From Squalus acanthias (Eukaryota), in the NCBI GenBank assembly GCA_030390025.1, contig CM059438.1, positions 21,266,001-21,330,000 of the forward strand: a stretch of 64,000 bases of DNA. The letters are read 5' to 3'. The first letter of the stretch is position 1. Every line of letters begins with the position of its first letter. The position numbers and the translations under genes were made by a program. The notes below the pieces were generated by a model. That model was not told the DNA's origin. It worked only from the letters and a program-made list of their open reading frames with translations, and made no database searches. Positions 51,311 through 64,000 of this stretch are shown piece after piece.

Positions 51311-51490
51311 CAACGCCACTGACTAGGCAGCAGATCAATACAGGTTTACGGGACGCAGAGAATGCATTCAGCCCGTGCATGCTCAGGGAAAGCGACTGCA
51401 GAACAAAGCCACAACAATATACGCAGTCTAACACTTCTGCAAGCGATTGTAAGTAAGTAAGTTTATTTTCTTTTTTTTTATGAACACAGA

Positions 51491-51755
51491 ATGAGCAACA
51501 AAGACGACATCACAAAGTGTTCTCCAGCCCCGATCTCCAGCTTTACGATACAGTCCATACTTGGGACCACGTCGGAGGAAGAACGCACAGGTTGCAAAGA
51601 CAATGCAAAAGTAAATGCCAGGAAGCGCTGTTTATCCGACTCCTCGGACGAAGAGTTAACCGAGGAAGGATACAAAGACCTAGCCTGCTTCTGTTCTGAA
51701 TCTGGCCCCACCGAGCCCTGTCGCAGACACCAGACTATCAGCTACACTTGTGTGA
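51491..51755 (+). CDS. HMX2: H6 family homeobox 2 (Nkx5-2), exon 1
   Basis: MSNKDD, eh1 motif SSFTIQSILG and CFC; the phase-1 donor GA|GTAAGT at 51756 is required by the exon 2 frame. Confidence 0.9.
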
Positions 51756-52937
51756 GTAAGTAAAGCAAAATCCTTTATATTTATCGTGCACCATTATCCT
51801 CAACTCCTTTTCGCGTATAGTTTTAAACAAATAATTTGATTTGAGAAACACGATGCGCTTGCCCTTAATATCATGCTTAAATTTAAACAGGATTTATACT
51901 TGGTTTTTTTAATTTATAGTTATATATATAAGTTGTGCCGTAATACAATATATAAATGTCTCTGACAGGATTGTCGCTAACGCCCAAGCATGTCCCAACA
52001 TTCTCGACCCATTACAATCCAACCATGACTCTTAGATAAAAACCCAAAATGCGAGAAACGCTCAGCAGATCAGACAGTATCTGCGGTCTCTCATACTTTG
52101 GATGGATTTAGTCGGTGAAGCTGCATTGTGCAAACATAAAGGACATTTCATATTTCACTGCGGACAGAAAACACTCGCACGATTGACTTTTGAAACCAGC
52201 AATTTAGCATTTCATAAAATAACACAACCATTTGGTAAATAGAATTCAAGGATTTAAGTTTAACAGCCACGTTATGACTGGAGCCCCAGGTACGAGACTA
52301 CGACAGCAGTCCTGTTCCTGCCATCATTCACACCACATTGGTTCAGGGCTATAATGTACTTATATGACCATTTATTTTCATCAAATTTAATATCGCAAAT
52401 TACAATACAAATTAGGGAATATACTTCCGCTTCGTCTTTCACTGAGAGTTTACAAAGCCTGAACAACGGAGTCAAGCAACGGCATGTAGCAAAAATATGA
52501 CAGTAAATATAGAAAATACAGGTGAGGCATATTAAGGGTTGCATATTAATGCAGGATGGTTTACAATATGTTAGCGAAGAGATGTTGCCACAGAGTTGGA
52601 AAAATACGTTTCCTTGCCACCCAATATTAAAACTTCATTCTTGCTCTCCACTGACACCTTACAATATAGTTTTAATTATATTTAAAGGCAGTTTCTCATG
52701 TTAGGTTTTCAAGCAGTGATGCATGTCATGCGTCCCGGCACTCCAGAGCAGAAAAACATTATCAAAATGAATGTAAACTGTATGTGTCGTTCCGTTATTC
52801 TTGGCGTTTTGACGCCGCAAGTGAGTCTTCTTTTAATATATACATATATATAAAGGGAGAGGTGTAGTGGAAAGATGAGGACTACAAAGATCAGTAAGAA
52901 TATATCTGAGAAATGCCTTATTTTTTCTGCTTTTTAG

Positions 52938-53476
52938 GTAATTCTAAAGGAGTTGGCACCGCTGGGCAGGAAAGCACGGAGAGAAGGCAGCAGTACCTGT
53001 CGCAAGATGGTCAGGTTTACAAGGAAGAAAAAGAGAAAAATTGCACGCAGACTTCAACAGACAGACAGAGGGAGGGAGACAGGCAAGGGAATCCGGCCAA
53101 GAAGAAGACTCGCACGGTTTTCTCTCGGAGCCAAGTCTACCAACTAGAATCCACCTTCGACATGAAACGTTACCTGAGCAGCTCGGAAAGGGCTTGCCTC
53201 GCTACCAGCCTCCAGCTCACAGAGACCCAGGTCAAAACCTGGTTCCAGAACCGCAGGAACAAGTGGAAGCGGCAGCTCTCAGCAGAACTCGAGGCGGCCA
53301 ACATGGCCCACGCGTCAGCGCAGACTCTAGTAGGAATGCCTCTAGTTTTCAGAGACAATTCCCTTTTGAGGGTGCCAGTCCCCAGATCAATTGCGTTCCC
53401 AGCTCCTTTGTACTATCCAGGCAGCAACCTCACAGCTCTTCCCTTCTACAACCTCTACAACAAAGTCGAATACTGA
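52938..53476 (+). CDS. HMX2: H6 family homeobox 2, exon 2 (homeodomain); spliced CDS 804 nt, 267 aa
   Basis: TTTTTAG acceptor; [61 protein letters not shown] and YNLYNKVEY*. Confidence 0.97.
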
Positions 53477-56400
53477 CATTTTCTGCTCCACGTCTCTTTA
53501 TAATTGTTTAACAATTAAATTGTATATTTATATAATATCCGTATCTGTTTAAAATATATCTTTCTTATATGCAACCACTTGCATAATTATAAAGACAATG
53601 TGCTTCTCTATAAATTGTATTAAATATACAGTGTATATATGGATTATTTTGCAGTTTCTTATTTGATAATAAGTCTTATTTATTTCCTACAATTGCAGAT
53701 GGGTGCATTATGCTAAAAATGTTCACATCAAAATAGATATTTCAGGATATAAAAAACACACACCTGAAGAAAATGAAGTACTGTTCTGATTATAAGAATA
53801 TTTCATAATGGATAACAGGGAACCACAAAGTATACACCGGATCTGAGCATATTGCTCGACTTTGGTGCTAGGAATTCATTTTTGACATAATAGCAAGTCA
53901 TTTTTCGACAAGGGGAATTCATAGACAACAATGATACAGAAGGAACAATATACCTGCTTACTATGCACATTGTTTGCTTTTTTTGAGAGCTATTTCACTC
54001 ATGGCACCGAAAGCAACACTGACATAGTGGCGCTTGTTATAGTTTTTGCAACAGGAAATGCAGACAGGTGTGTACGACATGTCTAACCTTATTTAAGGAT
54101 ATTTTGTTCATAGGGTAAATGAATAAATTGAAAACCTGAAACAGAAAAAAATAAGTCGAGCGTTGTGTGTAATGTTGCCGAAACGTTATCATACTCCCAA
54201 AGCAATCTGAATGTGTTGCTATCACCTAAGCGTAAAACTTTTTGTGCAAAAGATTACAGTTGGCAATTCTCATAAATAGTACTTCCAAATCTCACGACTT
54301 GTTACATAAGACCCCCAAATAATTAACACACAAACCTTACAGAAAAGCTAACAGAGCAATTATAGCGTGCAATACTGGACGTCTCAAATATTTTGCTTAT
54401 TCTTAAATTTAGCGCCTTTGATATGAGGAATAAATTTAGGTTGGCATTTTCAGAATAATGCATTGGGCAAAGGTAAGATTAATTCAGAGTATTTAATTAA
54501 AATCTTGGCAAGCAGTATTTTTTAATTTAAATAATCTATAAAGGCACCTTTTCGCGCTATTCGACTCAGTTGCAAAAATGTTAAAACATATTTCATTATT
54601 CACTCCAACAGAATGACAATCTTAAATAATAGAAAAGGGCAAAGTCTGCATTTTTGAACTAACTATGTATACTGAGGCCAGTGGTCAAAAATTACATTTA
54701 TCAGAGGCAAGATAGCGTAGTACGCCTCTTAAAATTTAATTTCAAGGGTATATTTTAGAACAGTTCACAAAAGACGCATTTATATATTTTTGATGCAGCA
54801 AATAATCAAGAATACGAAAAGCTGGAAGAGTAACAGAGAGTTTTCGTGTAATATTACGGTCATGTGCCACTTTACAATGTGTACATTGACATTTCTACTT
54901 AGTTAACTCAGACATTTTATTTTACTTAAACGTTTCTAAAATGAACGATCAATACTTTCAACTATTGTTGAAATTAACTGACGATCAACACGCATGATCA
55001 TTTAATGATGTGATACTGAGCCCTTATCCCCAGCTTGAAATTCCACATTTTCTGCACGCCCTTCAGTTCAACATAGAAATATACAGAAACCAATCTGCGA
55101 CAATATTATTTGTCTAAATTAAATGTAACTACGTTTGATCAACATCTCAGCAGAATGAACTGCAACCCAGGAGCTTGTTCTAATATGAGCATCGGCTTTC
55201 AATAACCTTTTATCAAAACTTGGGCGGAGTAACGTATTTCTTCGACCAAATGTTTACCTTCAATTGTGAAATACCGCATCTACGTTTTATTTCTACTACA
55301 ATGAACATTAACTGATATAACAAGAGAAAATGTTCTTGTATTTGAAGGGTGCATCGTGATATTTTTAATGTTAGTGCTATAAATATGCAATGTGAACTCC
55401 CACCACATGTTGCGTAACGGTGTAGTTCAAGACACCAAGAGCTAATTTGCTTTGATTTGCATTTGAACTTTTTGCTAGAATATTAGACCGAATTTGCAAA
55501 CTTTACTTACGATTTCCGAAAACTTTGGGTAATAAGGCATGTATCAGATCTGTCAGAAACAAGTTAAAAGCAGCAATACATGAAGACTATTATTTTTTAT
55601 TAAATAAATTACGTTTAAAGATAGTAACATCTACTCAATATAATAAGTGACAGAGTATTACTCAAATATAATGTACTTTGTACCTGTTTATTTGTGGATT
55701 ACCTCAGAACTGAAAGTGGGCTCCGCACTAGAATGAATCTCTAATTAAACGCAATGCATAGAACACTTTTGGCATTTAAACAAAAATGTTCAACCAGCAC
55801 TGACATTATTCTAGAACGTGGCAATTGTAATGCTTTGCAAATATGGTACGGGTGTGTTGGGACAAAAAAAATCATTATAATGAACTAAGAACAATTCGAA
55901 AATGTTCATTAGCATTAATCCGTTGGATCATTTTGGAGAAAGGCGCAATTTTTTTACAGGAATAACAGAAGGCCCTACAAGTACATTTGTTGTTTTAATA
56001 TAACATAAAAATCACAAATTGAATTACCGAACAAATGATGTCGACGAAATCAAAGTATAGCTATTAAATGTTAACAATAGTAATGCAAAGGTATATGTCT
56101 ATTTATGAACAGAGTCAATAGTATTAATAGTAACAGTTTGAATAACATGCATGGATAATAAATGCACATTAACTCATGGTATTGAATGTCCGGAAAGCAC
56201 TAGATAACAACCCACTAAGGTAACATTCATCTATTATGTATGCATGTTATATTTAATTACTTTAATACTACTGATAACCTCAATATAGTCTCTATGCATA
56301 CACGTTACTGTATTGCATTGTCATTAAATCTGTAAGAGTTACTTCCTCGTGGTTGAAAATTTAAACCATAGTGGTTCAATTTAATATAGTGGTTTACAAT

Positions 56401-56629
56401 ATTTTAACATTTGCGTTAATATATGTCTACAAATGTTACGCTTTCAAAGTAGTTGAACTGTTGGAGCTCTCTAAAGTTGCAAAACATTACAAAGTTGCAT
56501 TCTTGTCCTATGCGAAAACCTGTAACATATTTGTTAATTGATCTTCCCTTTACAGGACTTTTCTTTTTTTAAAAAAAAACTTGTGTTTCAATGCAACCTA
56601 TTCTCCTTATTTGCAATTTCCCTCTGAAA

Positions 56630-57370
56630 TCGGGCCACGCTCGTTCAAGTTGAAGTTGGGATCTTGCAGCTTTAAGGAAGAAACCTGGACAAACGGGCGC
56701 GTCACGTGACCTACACTGGGTGGCTGGGCGTCAACGGGAGCTGCCGTGACGTCACATCCTCAACCCAAACAGACAAGAGGCGCGCCAAAGCGGGCTTGCT
56801 TTAAACCGACCAATCAGAAGGAAGGATCGCCACCGGCGGCAGCGCGCTCCGGCACATTCGGAGCGGAATCGTGTTGGTGTTGATTCGGTTATTATTTGAA
56901 AAAGAGAAATTAAAAGGGAAAGGAGGAAGGTAGGTAAATGGGCGCGGAGAGGAAGGGGGACCAGCGGGCGGCGAATTCGCTTGGCGAGGCGGCGTCCGCA
57001 AGTGCTGCCGGTGGGAGGTTTTCTTGGTGGTTCACACCGGCGTGATCTCCTCCAGCTCCTTCTGTTCGTGCTGCGAGCCGCCAATGTGGCTTCAGTTGGC
57101 GATTCGACGCTCGCTCGGGCGGGCGTAGGCCGCAGGCCTGAGGCTGTGCGGTTCAGATTAGTGGCAGTCCGCCCGGGCTGTTCGGATTTACGGGAAGATT
57201 ATGCGGAGTTTCATTGAAACTTAAACACAGTCGGGGAGATACGATCCCAGCTTACACTTCCCGTCAAATAAATGCCTTTAATGGCCAACGAAGTGAACGG
57301 GGTTTGGGATTCAGCCCGGCATTGAGCGCCAGCATGCACATCAGTTTGGTATGGCGGCCATTTTATTTGT
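56630..57370 (+). promoter_or_regulatory. BUB3: BUB3 CpG-island promoter and probable noncoding exon 1
   Basis: CpG-dense, with GTCACGTGAC (56701), GTGACGTCAC (56746), CCAAT (56810) and TTTGAA (56895). Donor AAG|GTAGGT at 56930; YY1-like ATGGCGGCCATTTT at 57351. Confidence 0.75.
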
Positions 57371-57789
57371 CAGCAACAGTTTAAATTCAGTTCCCAATTA
57401 TTGACGCCTTTCTTCAAGCAATACTCCCTTCATTAGTTTTAGACTGTAATGCTTAAAGTTGCTATGTAAATCAGGTCGCTTTTACTGGCTGATTCTGCCA
57501 CCAATGATTTGCCAAAATAGTTTTTTTTTCATATATCTAAAAAGGGACGCATACAACTTAGTGCATTAATAATTCTCTTATTCTGCCACTGACACCATTT
57601 TGTTTATGGACAGACCGCATTCCTGCCTGTTTCCCTAGACAGTCTGGGACACTCTTTAATGACAATGTTGGGGTTGGCGTCTGGGACACTATTATATTAG
57701 CCTAGCTAATAATGGCCGCTGTACCATTTGACCTGGAGAGAAGTGGGCCCAGGTAACTAAGCAAATGAATTTGACAGCTCGCATTCATA

Positions 57790-58530
57790 TCATGTAGAAC
57801 AATCTCTCAAGCTGCTTTACAGAGATGCAAGGCTAAAAATGGACACTGAGCTAAAAAAGGAGATATTAGAAGAGGTGACCAAAAGATTGATAAAAGAGGT
57901 GGGTTTTAAGGAGGGTCTTAAAGGAGGAGAGGGAGGTGAAGAGATGGAAGGATGACTTTGGTAGCTGAAGACATAGCTGCCAATAGAGGGAGGAAGAAAT
58001 GCACAAGATGCTGCAGGGGACGAAATGGAGACTTTGGAGGGGGTGTAGGTCTGGAGAAATTTAGAGATAAGGAGAAGTGAGGCCATGGACGGACCTAAAT
58101 AGGGATGAGGATTTACATTTTGAGGTGTTGGGGACACTGGAAGACAGTGTAGGTCAGTGAGGATGGGGATGATGGGCAAGTGGGACTTGGTGTGGGATAT
58201 GAAATGGACATCAAAGTTTTGGATGAGCTGAAGTTTACAGAAAGGGAAGCAGGCCAGAAGTACATTGGAACAGGTGATAAAGCAATGAATGAGGGTTTCA
58301 ACAGCAGAATGTCTGATGTAGGGATGGAGGCGGGTGATGTTACAAAAGTGGAAGTAGGTGGTCTTTATGATAGAGAGGATATGGGGTCGGGTGCTCAGCT
58401 CCGTGTCAAATAGGATACCAAGGTTATTACATATGCTAGAAACTGGTCCAGCTCTCGCTTGAAGGAATATTAAGAGTGGCGAGGATGTGGGAAATGGTGA
58501 GGTCAAGGAGGGTAGCCAGGATTATGGGTA
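57790..58530 (-). mobile_element. L2-type LINE 3' fragment
   Basis: NLGILFDTELSTRPHI..ETLIHCFIT, homologous to the other L2 copies. Confidence 0.8.
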
Positions 58531-58669
58531 GGGGAGCTTGTGTAGCGGGAGAGGGTATGAAAACGTCTCCTTAGCACCCCAAAAATGGAAGTGACTGCAT
58601 CTTTCCAGTGAACAGTTTTAAGAGAAATTTGTCTGAAACCAGTTATTTTACTAATTAATATTATTTCTA

Positions 58670-59185
58670 GGGAAAGATCTGTGATAGGGTGGAGGACAGG
58701 AATGATAAAATGACAAAAGGGGGTGATAATGGGGCAAGTATAGAAATAAAGATGGGTCCAGAGCAGGTGCAAATGATAAGAGGGGCAGAGATACATGGGA
58801 AATCTGGCAATGTGGAAAAGCTTGGCGTGGCCTGGCAATGTGGCAGAGGAAAGGCAGGTAGACCCCAGAGGTGCAGATAATCCCACTGGCCGTGTACCAA
58901 AAGGAAATCCCCACCCAAGCACTAACCCAAAACCGTCCACTCCCAGAGCTCTGGTGCAGTCATCCTCCATTACCAGCACCTGCTGTCTGAGAGAAAATGG
59001 GAGCGGTGATTAAGATCTAAAGTTAAGGCTGGAACGCTGTAAAGTGCCTAGTAGAAAGATGAGGTGCTGTTACTTGAGTTTGCATTGAGCTTCATTGGAA
59101 CAGCGTAGGAGGCCAACAGAGAGAGATCAGAATGGGATGGAGAATTAAAGTAACAAGCAACTGGAAGCTCAGGGTCATGCTTGCT
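58670..59185 (-). mobile_element. Penelope-like element fragment (GIY-YIG C-terminus and 3' region)
   Basis: Minus strand at 59020-59185 reads KHDPELPVACYFNS, then GLLRCSNEAQCKLK*QHLIFLLGTLQ. Confidence 0.65.
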
Positions 59186-59753
59186 GAAGTAACAAAGAAC
59201 CAAACACATTTAAAAAAAAAAAGTGTATAATTTTTTTAACCAATTTATACATTTGGTCGGGAAAATTATCTTGATGTTTCCAGGGCTATGTGCACAGTTA
59301 CTATTATTATTGGACCAGTACCTACACGCTTGATTACGAACCATTGCTTCTAATATCCGTCATGTTACCAGTTTTAAATATTGTGGATGTGTGTCAAAGC
59401 ACAGGAGATGAGTATTAATGTACATGGAAGTGATGAGAATGCTTCCAGCCATTTTAGATAAGGTTTTAAAAATCATGTAGTTTAAAGAACAAATAAGTTG
59501 CATTTTGTTCGCTTCTGAATGATTGAAGGAATTGACCAAAACAACTGCTTTAGTTTGCCAGAATAACATGGCTCCCATTTGTTACGGACCGGGGTTGATT
59601 GCAAAGTATTTACAGCATAGAAACGGGCCATTCAGCCCAACAGGTCCATGCCAGTGTTTATGCTCCACAGGGATATTGCAGTGCCCTTCAGGACCCTGAG
59701 GCCTAAAAGTTATAGATACTTGACCATAAGGCAATGCTACTAATAATGTAATA

Positions 59754-60166
59754 CAGGAAACTTTCGTTTATCTGGCATCGACGGGACCGGCGTGGTGCCG
59801 GTTTATCGAAAGTACCGGATAACGGAGAGTTATATCTACCGAGGCTATTTTTAACAAAGAGACTCCAGGCAGCACGGGAGAATCAACTCCTGCTACTGTA
59901 GTGTTTCGGACTTCCGACAGCGCCAGGAGGCCGAGTAGTGGCACTTTTGAAAAGTACCCCATCTGACTAAATCGGCGTTCTCGGACTCGGGATCGGCAAC
60001 ATTGCTGGTTATTTGAGAGGAGTTTTCGGAGCACTCGGCGTTCGCGGAGACTCGACTGCGACTCGGCAACATTGCCGGTTATTTGAGAGGAGTTTTCGGA
60101 GGATGATTTTTGCCGGTTAAGCGAGAATTCCGGATATTTGGGTGCCGGATAAACGAAAGTTTCCTG
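59754..60166. mobile_element. Tc1/mariner (pogo/Tigger-like) MITE in BUB3 intron 1
   Basis: 24-bp TIR CAGGAAACTTTCGTTTATC(T/C)GGCA with TA on both flanks and an internal ~60-bp duplication. Confidence 0.85.
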
Positions 60167-60726
60167 TATTCTGAACACTGTGTATTGAACAGATATGGAT
60201 AGTTTTGCATTTTCACAACATTGATTCATATTGATAATTTCATCTTCCATTGGAATTGACAATCATTATGTATTATGTATGATTCAACTTTTATTTTTCC
60301 TTGTGCTCTGGCAGTTGGCTGCATGTATGCGAGGGAGCCATTTTCATTAAGTCATTACTGGGCTATATTATCTTTTGGAAGAAAGAGGACCCAATAGACT
60401 CTTCTGGTCACTCCTGGTCACTCTTGTAACTGTTTAATTTTCCCATCACAACAAAGTCTTCATGTTTAAGGGAAAGGTATGGTAGTCATTGCAGTTGATA
60501 CTGTAATCAGAGAACAAAAAAAACTCTGGTGTACTTGGTTGAATTAATTGCACACATTGTCCTTGCTTTCCCCCAAAATACTGAGTGATATTTATATTAG
60601 GCCAGTAGTAATCTTTTTTGGTGGTTGTAACAAATCAATCCCCTCTACTAGGTCTCTGATCTCTGTTTTAAGTTTGTCAATAATTAGTGCAGAACTTACT
60701 GAAATATTTTATTGTTTTATTTTCAG

Positions 60727-60921
60727 ATGACTGGCTCAAATGAATTCAAACTAAACCAGTGTCCTGAAGATGGCATCTCTGCCATTAAGTTCAGCCCAAA
60801 CACCTCTCAGTTCCTGTTGGTGTCATCCTGGGACTGCACTGTCCGTTTGTATGATATCACGTCAAATAACATGCGCCTCAAGTACCAGCATTCAGCAGCT
60901 GTTCTGGACTGTGCTTTTCAT
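60727..60921 (+). CDS. BUB3: Mitotic checkpoint WD40 protein BUB3, first coding exon (195 nt)
   Basis: TTTCAG|ATG; MTGSNEFKLNQCPEDGISAIKFSPNTSQFLLVSSWD...VLDCAFH; GTAAGA donor. Confidence 0.97.
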
Positions 60922-61179
60922 GTAAGAACCTATTTATTTTATCACTGAATTATGATTACCAGAGTTGGAAAACGTTTTGCAAAGTAGCTCCATGGATATC
61001 GTTTTGAGTAGGTGAAAAATGCTTCCAGTTAGACTCTACATTCATTGGAGATTATGTAACATCTGAAATATTGCCCTAGCCTAAGCCACATTGGTTAATG
61101 TTATTATATCATACTGCACATAGCAATTTATGCCAGTAGCCCCCCAATTTGATTCACAATACTTTGTGCATTTACATAC

Positions 61180-61430
61180 ATAGGATATACAGCACAGGAA
61201 GAGGCCATTCTGCCCAACCAGTCCATGCCGGCATTTATGCTCCTGCCCCCGAGCCGCCTCCTGTCTTTCCTCATCTAACTCTATTAGCATAACCCTCCAT
61301 TCCCTTCTTCCTCATATGCTTATCTAGCCTCCCCTTAAGTGCATCTAAACTATTTGCTTCAACCACTCCCTGTGGTAGTGAGTTCCACATTCTCTGGGTA
61401 AAGACGTTTCCTCTGAATTCCCTATTTGAT
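61180..61430 (-). mobile_element. CR1 3' end
   Basis: CATAGGATATACAGCACAGGAAGAGGCCATTC tail and GAGTTCCACATTCTC motif. Confidence 0.65.
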
Positions 61431-61861
61431 TTACATTAAACTCAAATTTGCTCTCTCTATTTAGTAATCTTACTCATTTTTAATCTCCCTCTTTCTGATT
61501 TATTTTTGAAACTTTCTTGTTTTAGTCATCCCATTTGCTTTCTTTTCTGCTTCCTTGTGTTTTTTCCTTTCTCTTGCTACATTAGTTTAATCCCTCCTCA
61601 GAGCATTGGTTTCTCTTCCAGTGAAGACGTTAGTCCCAGCTTTGTTCAGCTGTAGGCCTGTCACTCCAGTCCAGGCCACTGCTATGCTAATGCCCCAGGA
61701 ATTTGAAACCTTCTGAATCCTTTCTTTCCCCAGCCCAATCTCTCCAGCCAAATGTTTAACTCCTTTGTCTTATTATTCCTATATAGGTTATCATGCACAT
61801 CAGGAGTAATCTTGAGATTTATTACCCTTGAGATTTTACTCTTTTTTTAATCTATCTCATC

Positions 61862-62026
61862 AGAAACTTGAGCACAAAAATCTAGGCCGACACTCCAGTG
61901 CAGTACTGAGGGAGTGCTACAGTGTTGGAGGTGACATCTTTCGGATGAGACGTTAAATCGAGGCTCCGTCTGCTCTCGGGATTAACGTTAAAGATCCCCT
62001 GGCACTATTTCGAAGAAGAGCAGGGG
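61862..62026 (+). mobile_element. Deu-domain SINE central fragment
   Basis: ACTTGAGCACAAAAATCTAGGCCGACACTCCAGTGCAGTACTGAGGGAG, as in the 14958 copy. Confidence 0.75.
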
Positions 62027-62563
62027 CCCCACTGGGAATTAAGTTCATCCCTGGGCTGCTCTTGTGCACCTCCTAACAGCTGTCTTCAGTGTGACACTGA
62101 AATGGGCCTTGTAGCAGGTCATACAGCTTTTGGTAGTATGTGGAGCAAACAGTGAAACACCAATGTACTGGAAATATGCTTTCAAGAAGTTATGGAACCC
62201 TTTGCATTTCTTGGTCAATTATTTTGAGTGCAGCACTTGGGACAGTAATTTAATTATATTAATTATGTTTTTTGGATTCTTAAATTCATGAGTTAGGAAT
62301 GAGCTACACAAAATGTTAATTTTGAAGGATGAAGTGCAGATTTTCATTGAATCCTTTACAGAATGTCATAACTTGTAGCTATTCCATTGTATTGTTTTAG
62401 TAGAGTCAAGAAGGACTTACTTTTAAAAGTACAGGAGAACTTTCAAAAGGGAAATGAAGCACCGATGTTACTACTTCATTGTAAATGTTGGATCAATATT
62501 TGTTTTATCAAAGTATGTTATGTACTAACATCGTGTTTAATATTCACCCGCCCCTGTAAATAG

Positions 62564-62633
62564 GATCCAACTCATTCATGGAGTGGCGGATTGGACCTTT
62601 CACTGAAAATGCGTGATTTAAACACAGACCAAG
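62564..62633 (+). CDS. BUB3: BUB3 second coding exon (70 nt); gene continues beyond the window
   Basis: TACTAAC branch site (62523), TAG acceptor, DPTHSWSGGLDLSLKMRDLNTDQ and AG|GTGAGA donor. Confidence 0.95.
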
Positions 62634-62879
62634 GTGAGAAATGCTTGTATTAAACATGCTGTGTAAGAAGTTGCATGATGTTCTTGAACTCATTTTTATA
62701 TAAACTAAATTACGTTCCTAAGTCTCTGAAAGCATCATTAGTTCAAAGGAATTATTTCATTGGATCTGTTGTCTGAACAGGCATCTTCTCTGTCTGATTG
62801 TTTCACTGGTCTACCAAGTCTGACAGCAGATTATATTAAATTAGTGAAGTCAAAAGCCCATCTCCTGTTGTTTTTTTTA

Positions 62880-63250
62880 ACATAGAAATTAGAACATAAT
62901 ATAATGCTATTCGTCACAAACCGTCCGTGTTGGTGTTTATCCTCCATGTGAGCAGTAGTCCTAATCTGTGCCCATTATGTTCCAGTATCCCTTTATGTCC
63001 CTTTCCTTCAACCACCTATCTAACCTATTCTTAAATGTTGTCATTGTCTTTGCTTCAGTCACTAACTCTGGTAGTGTATTTCGCAGCCTCACAACCCTTT
63101 GTATAAAACCATTTCTCGTTCTTTGTCCTTAATTGCTTACATTTAATCTTATATCTACGTCCCATTGTTCTAGACCCCTCAACCACTGTAAACAGCCTGT
63201 TTCTATCTACTCTAGCCGATCCCTTCATAATTTTAAACACATCTGACATT
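62880..63250 (-). mobile_element. CR1 3' fragment
   Basis: DVFKIMKGSARVDRNRLFTVVEGSRTMG on the minus strand. Confidence 0.75.
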
Positions 63251-63906
63251 CCCTCTTGTCTTTGATTTAGAATTTGATTGAGAGCCTCTGTCTCCACTGC
63301 AGTTTAGAAGTGCACCTCAGTTGTCTAGAAATCCCTGGTGACCTCATAATGGAAGATTTTTGTATTGATGGATTGAGGAAAATGATAGTGGTACACAAAT
63401 GTACTTAATTTCACTCATTAAAAATTCTCTTGTGTATTCATAAAAGTTAGGATTAAAGGCCCCTAGGTTTTCTTCTCTTAATGGGGAAGTTTCCCAAGTG
63501 TCTTCTATGCTGACTGAAAAACTACTGAGGAGTGATAAAGTGGGGTCATATTCAGATTGTGCTGAACTTTACAGAAGTAAAGTTGAGGAGTAAGCCACCT
63601 TTATTAGCAAATAATAATCATACCTCATTACTTTTAGGGAGAAAACTCTCCATATGTCGTAGATAGGCTGCATTGCAAACATTTGGGGGTCGTGTCTTCG
63701 TACTGGACTGAGGGCTGTGCTTCGCAGGAGGGTGATCCCAAAATGGCCCTGGGATTGGTTTGAACCTCTTTCTCACTCCTGGTTTACAGTGTAGACCCTC
63801 CCTATTATTGATGTCACTGAAGTGGCCTAATAAATTCAATAATTAAATTTCAGATGAGATTATTCTTTAATTTAAATAAAAAGGGAAGCAGTACTTTGAA
63901 CAAAAA

Positions 63907-64000
63907 GGGGGTGATTTTGCCAATGGGGAGTTTTTGGAGGCGGGACTCCCACTTGTCGGGTTTCAGTCCCGCCTCCATCAACTTCTGGCCAACCCACGCT
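63907..64000. mobile_element. Probable MITE left end, runs off the window
   Basis: GGGGGTGATTTT start resembling the other G-rich TIRs, plus an internal GGAGGCGGGACT/AGTCCCGCCTCC inverted pair. Confidence 0.4.

Noticed and set aside
57817-58979. 229-aa and 158-aa minus-strand ORFs suggesting a gene nested in BUB3 intron 1
   Set aside because: They correspond to L2 and Penelope remnants.

Overview
This is vertebrate genomic DNA, most likely from a shark or other elasmobranch, inferred from the Deu-domain SINE, CR1, L2, Penelope and Harbinger repeat spectrum. It carries the conserved HMX3-HMX2-BUB3 block, all on the + strand: HMX3 (2 exons, 40401-41397), HMX2 (2 exons, 51491-53476) and the 5' part of BUB3 (CpG-island promoter near 56.7 kb, first two coding exons at 60727 and 62564). 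The first ~30 kb contains no recognisable host gene and is densely nested with transposons. These include a full-length but decayed Gypsy LTR element with 122-bp LTRs and a tRNA-Ser(GCT) primer site, split by a CR1 insertion, and a decayed two-gene Harbinger (transposase plus Myb/SANT partner). Several MITEs with readable TIRs/TSDs, SINEs and LINE fragments are also present. From ~31 kb to ~57.7 kb the sequence is almost free of transposons and richer in CpG, as expected for a developmental-regulator domain. The most interesting non-genic signal is a colinear, diverged pair of noncoding blocks, one ~4.8 kb upstream of HMX3 and one ~3.7 kb upstream of HMX2, which looks like a tandemly duplicated enhancer. 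I found no prokaryotic-type system and nothing I can establish as a new biological system. All calls were made by eye without alignment tools.
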